Part shown: piece by piece, positions 58,372-64,000 of the stretch
How the letters are laid out: each line of letters begins with the position of its first letter
Numbering within the stretch: position 1 is the stretch's first letter
Origin: Vicinamibacteria bacterium
GTDB lineage: Bacteria; Acidobacteriota; Vicinamibacteria; Marinacidobacterales; Marinacidobacteraceae
Assembly: GCA_963668695.2 (NCBI GenBank)
Contig: CAXXLQ010000004.1
Span: 224,001-288,000, forward strand
Direction: 5' to 3'
Length of the DNA: 64,000 bases
The notes under the pieces: model-generated
What the model saw: the letters and a program-made list of their open reading frames with translations, nothing else
The model's database searches: none
Told to the model about the DNA's origin: nothing
Program-made: the position numbers and the translations under genes

Positions 58372-58652
58372 TCCGGGCGCAAGCAGATCGAGGAGCGGGC
58401 GCCGACGCTGGTCCCCGCCGGCCGTTCCCTTGTCGGAAAAATATGTTCGGTGGAGGGGCTTCGGACTTCAGAAACCGGTCGAACCGACCCGGCGGTACGA
58501 GGCGCTTGCTTGGGTAAGCCGCCGGGATCGGAATCCCGGCGCGGCGCCTCAGGGCCCATCAAGCAAACGCCTCCCCGCCGTTCTCCACCTACAATGGGCG
58601 TGGGTCGGCGGCAGCGCCACGGCGGCGTCGCATGGACTCAAGGAGGCCTCCG

Positions 58653-61007
58653 GTGAACGTGAACCGCGCCACCCGCAACTACCCGTTGCCCCTCGCAGCT
58701 GTCTTCGCTTTCGTCTTCCTCGTAACCCAGTCCGACGCTGCGCGGGCACCCGTTCAGGAGCAGCGGGATCCGACGCAGGAAACGGAACAACAGGAAGAAC
58801 AGGGAGAGCAGGAAGAAGAGGCTGCGCGGGCACCCGAAATCCTCCCGCGCTTCACCGACCAGGTGGTGGTGTCCGCGTCGCGCGTTGAGCAGGAGATCGT
58901 GAACGCCCCGGCGGCGATCGCGGTGATCTCCAGCGAGGTGATCGAAACGCAGGCCGCCAGCAACTTCGGCGACCTGCTCCGCCAGGCACCGGGGGTCAAT
59001 GTGACCCAGCTCTCCAACACCAACTACAGCGTCACGAGCCGCGGTTCCTCCGGGGCGCTTGCCACGGCACAGCTCGTCCTGGTCGATGGGCGCTCCGTCT
59101 ATCAGGACTTCTTCGGCTTCACCAGTTGGGATTTTCTCTCGGTGGGGCTCGACGATCTGGAGCGGATCGAGGTGGTGAACGGGCCGGCTTCGGCCGTCTG
59201 GGGCGCGAACGCCATGAGCGGCGTCGTGAACCTGATCACAAAAGCGCCGCAGGACGCCCTGGGGACCACGCTGAACCTCCGGTTCGGCGCATTCGATCGC
59301 GACGTCACCGGCAACCCGATGGACGCGGGTAGCCAGCTCATGGGCTCCCTGACCCACGCGCAGGCCGTGAACGACCGCTTCGCCTACCGCGCGACCGTCA
59401 GCTTTACCCATCAGGATCCGCTTCCCCGCCCGTTCGGTGAGATCCGGAACGGGACCGGCACGCTGTATCCCCCCATCCAGGGGGTGACGGCCCGGATGCC
59501 CAAGCTGGATTTCCGTGCCGACTGGGACGCTGCCGACGGCGAAAGCGGCTTCCGGTTCTCCGGCGGCTACGGGGGGAGCCAGGGCGTCCTCCACTCCGGG
59601 ATCGGCCCCTTCAATATCCAGCGCGGGACCAACATGTCATACGGCCGCGTCCAGTACCTGCGCGGCTCGCTGGAAATCGGCGCCTTCGTCAACCGCACCT
59701 CAGCGGGGTTCAGCTCGATCCTGTCCCGGGATCCCTCGGGGCGACTGCTCGAGGGCCAGATGAACTCGAGCACCTACGACATCGGCCTGAAGGACACGAG
59801 ATTTCTGGGTGGGCGGCACCTTTTGAGTTACGGCGCCAGCGCCCGCTACATCACCCTCGACTTCACCCTCGCCCCCGAGGGTGACGGCCGCAGCGAGCAG
59901 GGGTTCTACGTCAACGACGAGATCTTTCTGAGCGACCGCTGGCGCTGGATCGTCGGATCCCGAGCGGACCGGATCAGCGTGCTGGACAGGATCGTGCTGT
60001 CCCCCCGCACGACACTCATCTTCAAGCCGACGCCGACGCAAGCCTTTCGCGTCTCGTACAACCGCGCCTTCCGCGCCCCGTCGCTCACCAACAGCTTTAT
60101 CGACACCTTTGTTTCCCAGGAAGCCACTTTCGACCTTCGTCCCGTTTTCCGCGGCTTCTTCGGTGCGCTGAACATTCCGGATTCCGCCCTGCCCGCGCCG
60201 GTCACCTACACGATCCCCATCGGGGTCGTGGGCAACCCCTCACTGGTCCAGGAGTCCCTTACCGCATACGAGGTGGGCTGGTCGGGGGCGCTCAACGACT
60301 GGATCGGCGCGAGCGCCGCCTTCTACGTCAACGATATGCGGGACAGCATCGACTTCACCGATCACACATTCTGGTCCGGCGCGAACCCGCCCGCCGGATG
60401 GAACGAAGCTTTCTCCGAGGTCGCGCAGTTCATCGGGCGCCTGGGAACTGTCCTTCCGCCGGGAACTCTGCCTCCCGCGATCGCCGCGATCGCCCAGAAT
60501 CCGGCCTATCTGATCGACGCGCTCGGCCCGCTCGCAGGCGTCCAGCTTCCGGCCACCTTCACATACATCAACCGGACATCGGCCCGAAACTCCGGGGTTG
60601 AACTCGGGCTCAGCGGGCGCCGCGGCAACGTCGGTGGTTTCCTCAACTATTCGTGGCAGGCCGAACCGGTCGTCGAGGGGTTCGGCGAAGAAGACGCCGA
60701 TGAAATCAGCATCCCGGCGGCGCACCGCATCAATGTCGGCCTCGACGCCGGGATCGGGGCTTTCGATATCGGGCTGGCGCTGAACTACACCGATCGGGCC
60801 TACTGGACCGACGTGTTGACGGCGGAGTTCCACGGCTGGACCGAGGCCTTCACGATGGTCAATGCCACCCTGGCGGTAAACCTGATGGAGGGCCGCTTCC
60901 AGCCCTCCGTCCGGATGATCAACCTGCTCAACCGGGAAATCCAGAATCACATCTTCGGCGACGTGCTGCGGCGGCAGATCATCGGGGGGTTGCGCTACCG
61001 GTTCTGA
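58653..61007 (+). CDS. TonB-dependent receptor, copy 2
   Basis: Colinear paralog of copy 1; RBS AGGAGG + GTG 58653; terminal YRF. Confidence 0.92.
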   Translation: MNVNRATRNYPLPLAAVFAFVFLVTQSDAARAPVQEQRDPTQETEQQEEQGEQEEEAARAPEILPRFTDQVVVSASRVEQEIVNAPAAIAVISSEVIETQAASNFGDLLRQAPGVNVTQLSNTNYSVTSRGSSGALATAQLVLVDGRSVYQDFFGFTSWDFLSVGLDDLERIEVVNGPASAVWGANAMSGVVNLITKAPQDALGTTLNLRFGAFDRDVTGNPMDAGSQLMGSLTHAQAVNDRFAYRATVSFTHQDPLPRPFGEIRNGTGTLYPPIQGVTARMPKLDFRADWDAADGESGFRFSGGYGGSQGVLHSGIGPFNIQRGTNMSYGRVQYLRGSLEIGAFVNRTSAGFSSILSRDPSGRLLEGQMNSSTYDIGLKDTRFLGGRHLLSYGASARYITLDFTLAPEGDGRSEQGFYVNDEIFLSDRWRWIVGSRADRISVLDRIVLSPRTTLIFKPTPTQAFRVSYNRAFRAPSLTNSFIDTFVSQEATFDLRPVFRGFFGALNIPDSALPAPVTYTIPIGVVGNPSLVQESLTAYEVGWSGALNDWIGASAAFYVNDMRDSIDFTDHTFWSGANPPAGWNEAFSEVAQFIGRLGTVLPPGTLPPAIAAIAQNPAYLIDALGPLAGVQLPATFTYINRTSARNSGVELGLSGRRGNVGGFLNYSWQAEPVVEGFGEEDADEISIPAAHRINVGLDAGIGAFDIGLALNYTDRAYWTDVLTAEFHGWTEAFTMVNATLAVNLMEGRFQPSVRMINLLNREIQNHIFGDVLRRQIIGGLRYRF

Positions 61008-61027
61008 TCCGGGCGCAAGGAGACGAA

Positions 61028-61331
61028 CAGCCGGTGGTGGAACCCAGGCGGCGTTCGAGCGGCGATGCATCCCGGCCAGACAGCCGGTAGTGAAACCCAC
61101 GCGGCCCAGTTCTCCCGGTGGGGGCTCGGCCGGCGATCCATCCCGGCTGAACCGCGTCGCTGCGCGCCGCTCATCGTTGCGTTTCGGTCGGAATACACCC
61201 GGGCCAGTTCTCCCGGTGGGGGCTCCTCCCTCACGCGCCTTGTCAGCCGGGCCCCCACCGGGAGGACTGGCCCCACCGGGAGAACTGGGCCTCGCCGCTC
61301 TCGGCGCTCACCCGGGTTCCACCACCGGCTG
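61028..61331. mobile_element. Type A MITE-like element
   Basis: Perfect ACAGCCGGTGGTGGAACCC / GGGTTCCACCACCGGCTGT; absent from the paralogous site at 58388. Confidence 0.9.
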
Positions 61332-61338
61332 TTAAGGA

Positions 61339-61363
61339 GCGGGCGCCGGTTTACGGCGCCCGC
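61339..61363. terminator. Hairpin between convergent TBDR and S9 peptidase genes
   Basis: GCGGGCGCCG-GTTTA-CGGCGCCCGC. Confidence 0.6.
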
Positions 61364-61367
61364 CCCT

Positions 61368-63428
61368 TTATCGGGAACTCTGGTCGGTGGAAGAGGTTTC
61401 GGGCTTCAGAAACCGGTCGAACCAGTCCAGGTAGCGCTCGTACCGGTCCTTCTGGAACGAGGGAAGCCGGATCCCGTGGCTCTGACCCGGGTAGATGATC
61501 AACTGGGTGGGCACCCCCAGCCGCCTGAGGCTCTGGTAGAGGTTTTCCGACTGGCTCAGCGGCACGTTCCAGTCCTTCTCGCCACAGAGGACGAGCGTCG
61601 GCGTTGTCACCTGATGGATGCGTGAGATGGGGGACAGGCGGTCGTAGAGCTCGGGGTTCTCCCAGGGAAGTCCGAGCTCCAGTTCCCATTCGAGCTGGTA
61701 ATGGTCGTTTCCGTAGGCGGCGCGGTATTCGGTTTCACTGGCGCCGCTGACCGCGGCGTGGAACCGGGTCGTCTTGGTGATCACGTAATTGGTGAGGATG
61801 CCGCCGTAACTCCATCCCCCGACCCCTAGGCGGTCCGGATCGGCCCAGCCGAGCCCGATCACATGGTCAACCGCGGCATTCACGTCCTCGTAGTCCAGGT
61901 TTCCCCAATCCGCCCAGATGGCGTGGGAGAACGCCTCTCCCCGGCCCGAAGAGCCACGCGGGTTGGCTGCCACCACGAGGTAGCCGTTCGCCGCGAACAA
62001 CTGCCAGGTGGACTGGAAGGAGGTCGAGAACTGGGAGACCGGCCCGCCGTGGATCCACAGGATCGTGGGATAACGCGTCCCCTCCTCGAACCCGGGAGGC
62101 TTCGTGACGAAGCCCTGGACTTCGGTCCCATCCGAACTGGGGAAGCTGATCCTCTCCACCTCGGCAAGCTGCACCGCGGCGACCAAGGCGTCGTTCTCCC
62201 GAGTCAGCCGCTGCGGATCGCCCCCCCGCGTCCAGCCGATCACCTCGGGCGGGCGATCGGTAGTCGCGGCCACTGCGACCACCCGGTCCCCGACCACGTC
62301 GATGTCCCGAACCACCCTTTCGCCCGCGATCAGGCGGTCCGCCGTCGCCTCCTCGGACAGGGAGAACGACGCCAGGTGCTGGTTACCCGAATCCTCGAGC
62401 AGGGCAAACACCGCGCTCCCGTCGCCACCGAAGCGGGGACTCGAAAGGTTCCGGTCGAGCGCGGCGGCAACGTGGACGATCTCATCCGTGGCCCGGTTCA
62501 GGACGTACAGATGCTCGGTGGCGTACCAGATCAGTTCGGGCTTCCGGTTCCCGGTATGGGCGAGCCAGCGCCCGTCGGGGCTGAACACCGGAGAGCGGTC
62601 CGGTCCCGGATTGCTCGTCAGCCGTACCGGCTCCGTGGTCCGGTCCCCGTCCCGCGGAACCAGGAAGATGTCCGAATTGTCCGTGGCGTCCGGATCTCCC
62701 GCGGGCGGGCGGACGCTCACGAACGCGATCTCCGTACTGTCCGGCGAAAACACCGGGGAGCCATCATCGTACGGGCCGAAGGTCCGTTGCGCGTGCGAAC
62801 CGTCGGAGGCGTCCACCACGTATAGGTGACGGCGGCGGTTGTCGAGATACCCCCGTCCGTCGCGCTTGAACTGCCGGCGGTCAATGACCAGAGGGGCCGG
62901 TTCCGGATCCTCCCCCTCCTCGGGCTCGTTCGGATCCGGGTCCATGGAAACCGCGGCCAGCGCGGTCCCGTCCGGCGCCCAGGAGAAGGAGGACACGCCG
63001 CCGGGGAGGTTCGACAGGACGCGCGCTTCGCCACCCGTGAGCGGCAGAAGCCATACCTGGGACCTGTCTCCGTCGCCCGAACTCAGCAAGGCCAGGTACG
63101 AGCCGTCCGGGCTGAACCGCGGATGGGAAGCGGAACGCCCGGCTCGGGTCAGCGGCGCCGTATCACCGCCCGCGAAGGGAACACCGTGAATTCGGCTCTC
63201 GGACTTGTTCCCATCGAGATCGATTCGGGACACCACGTAGACAACGAACGCGCCGTCCGGCGCGAGCTGGGGGTCGGAGACGGAGGCAACCCTGAGAGCG
63301 TCGTCAATCGTGAAGCTGCGCTGGGCGAAGGACGGCGCTGCAAGGTGCGCGGCGATGCCGAGAGCACTCGACACGACCCACAGCCGCGCGCGGCCGCGTC
63401 GAGGGATGTACTGGCTGGATGGGGTCAT
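61368..63428 (-). CDS. S9-family (prolyl oligopeptidase/acylaminoacyl) peptidase with beta-propeller
   Basis: WD40-like SPDG repeats, IHGGP, NPRGS, GWSYGG, GEKD, H; RBS GGAGG before ATG 63428. Confidence 0.92.
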   Translation of the reverse strand: MTPSSQYIPRRGRARLWVVSSALGIAAHLAAPSFAQRSFTIDDALRVASVSDPQLAPDGAFVVYVVSRIDLDGNKSESRIHGVPFAGGDTAPLTRAGRSASHPRFSPDGSYLALLSSGDGDRSQVWLLPLTGGEARVLSNLPGGVSSFSWAPDGTALAAVSMDPDPNEPEEGEDPEPAPLVIDRRQFKRDGRGYLDNRRRHLYVVDASDGSHAQRTFGPYDDGSPVFSPDSTEIAFVSVRPPAGDPDATDNSDIFLVPRDGDRTTEPVRLTSNPGPDRSPVFSPDGRWLAHTGNRKPELIWYATEHLYVLNRATDEIVHVAAALDRNLSSPRFGGDGSAVFALLEDSGNQHLASFSLSEEATADRLIAGERVVRDIDVVGDRVVAVAATTDRPPEVIGWTRGGDPQRLTRENDALVAAVQLAEVERISFPSSDGTEVQGFVTKPPGFEEGTRYPTILWIHGGPVSQFSTSFQSTWQLFAANGYLVVAANPRGSSGRGEAFSHAIWADWGNLDYEDVNAAVDHVIGLGWADPDRLGVGGWSYGGILTNYVITKTTRFHAAVSGASETEYRAAYGNDHYQLEWELELGLPWENPELYDRLSPISRIHQVTTPTLVLCGEKDWNVPLSQSENLYQSLRRLGVPTQLIIYPGQSHGIRLPSFQKDRYERYLDWFDRFLKPETSSTDQSSR

Positions 63429-63562
63429 GCCGGACCTCCTGCGGGCCTCACAACCCGCGGACAAAGTCGAGCGACGGCACCCCGTGTTCCGGTTGGGGCG
63501 CAAGCGCTCACGCTACTTTATTCGCGGCCTCCGACGGGATGCCCCGGGAGCGGCTCGGAACC

Positions 63563-64000
63563 CTAACGATACGAGGCGACGACCTCGTCGAGAACCTCGG
63601 GGGGCGGACGAAGTTGTTCCTCGTTGAGCAGCGCGAGCGGCTCGTCGCACATTTCAAGGCTGTCGAGGAAGGTGCGCTTGGTGGTGTCGAGATAGAGCAG
63701 TCCGGTCAGGAAAAGGTTGTTGTCGTCGGCCTCTAGCAGGAGTTCCCGGGCGGCGCGCCGATCCGTCGGATCGTACTCTCGCTCCAACTTCCTGAGCCGA
63801 ACCCAGGATCCGTCGTGGAGCTGGACCTCCTGATCGGTCCCTTCCTCGTATTCGACTTCGATCTCATCCATCGCGGGCACAAAATCCACGATGTGGATCG
63901 GCTCTTCGTTGTCCTTGCCCCAGGTGTAGCTCTTGGTCGAGCCCGCGTGGTTGTTGAACGTGACGCAAGGACTCAGGATGTCAAGTACCGCCGTGCCGTT
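63563..64000 (-). CDS. korB: 2-oxoacid:ferredoxin oxidoreductase beta subunit, C-terminal part (partial)
   Basis: Frame open to the window edge: GTAVLDILSPCVTFNNHAGSTKSY, LTGLLY. Confidence 0.85.
   Translation of the reverse strand, partial: NGTAVLDILSPCVTFNNHAGSTKSYTWGKDNEEPIHIVDFVPAMDEIEVEYEEGTDQEVQLHDGSWVRLRKLEREYDPTDRRAARELLLEADDNNLFLTGLLYLDTTKRTFLDSLEMCDEPLALLNEEQLRPPPEVLDEVVASYR

Overview
GC-rich bacterial chromosome segment, probably Acidobacteriota (inferred from gene content: DUF1592/DUF1552/ankyrin block, TonB-ExbB-ExbD-ExbD-TPR cluster, HEAT-cyclophilin). It is mostly housekeeping: tRNA-Leu, tig, clpP, clpX, yihA, rho, rpmE, prfA, prmC, lspA, lgt, RluA family, pyrRBC, TolC, truA, uppS, cdsA, rseP, dxr, OSBS/NSAR, tgt, yajC-secDF, rel, Mrp and korB. 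It also has two tandem duplications (M20 amidohydrolases, TonB-dependent receptors). The most striking unexplained signal is a family of about 13 non-autonomous, modular MITE-like elements (about 3.5 kb, roughly 5% of the window). They share (R)CAGCCnGTG...CACnGGCTG(Y) ends and YTAR/TA-type flanks, and no transposase is present in the window. Copies sit in frame inside proteins (signal peptide of the DUF1592 protein, C-terminus of TruA), at stop/start coupling junctions (prfA-prmC, pyrC-TIGR02757, HAD-tgt) and abutting -10-like boxes. One copy has an empty paralogous site, which supports mobility. A separate 278-bp-period hairpin-rich tandem array lies between tgt and yajC. All calls are by eye from motifs; no database search was run.
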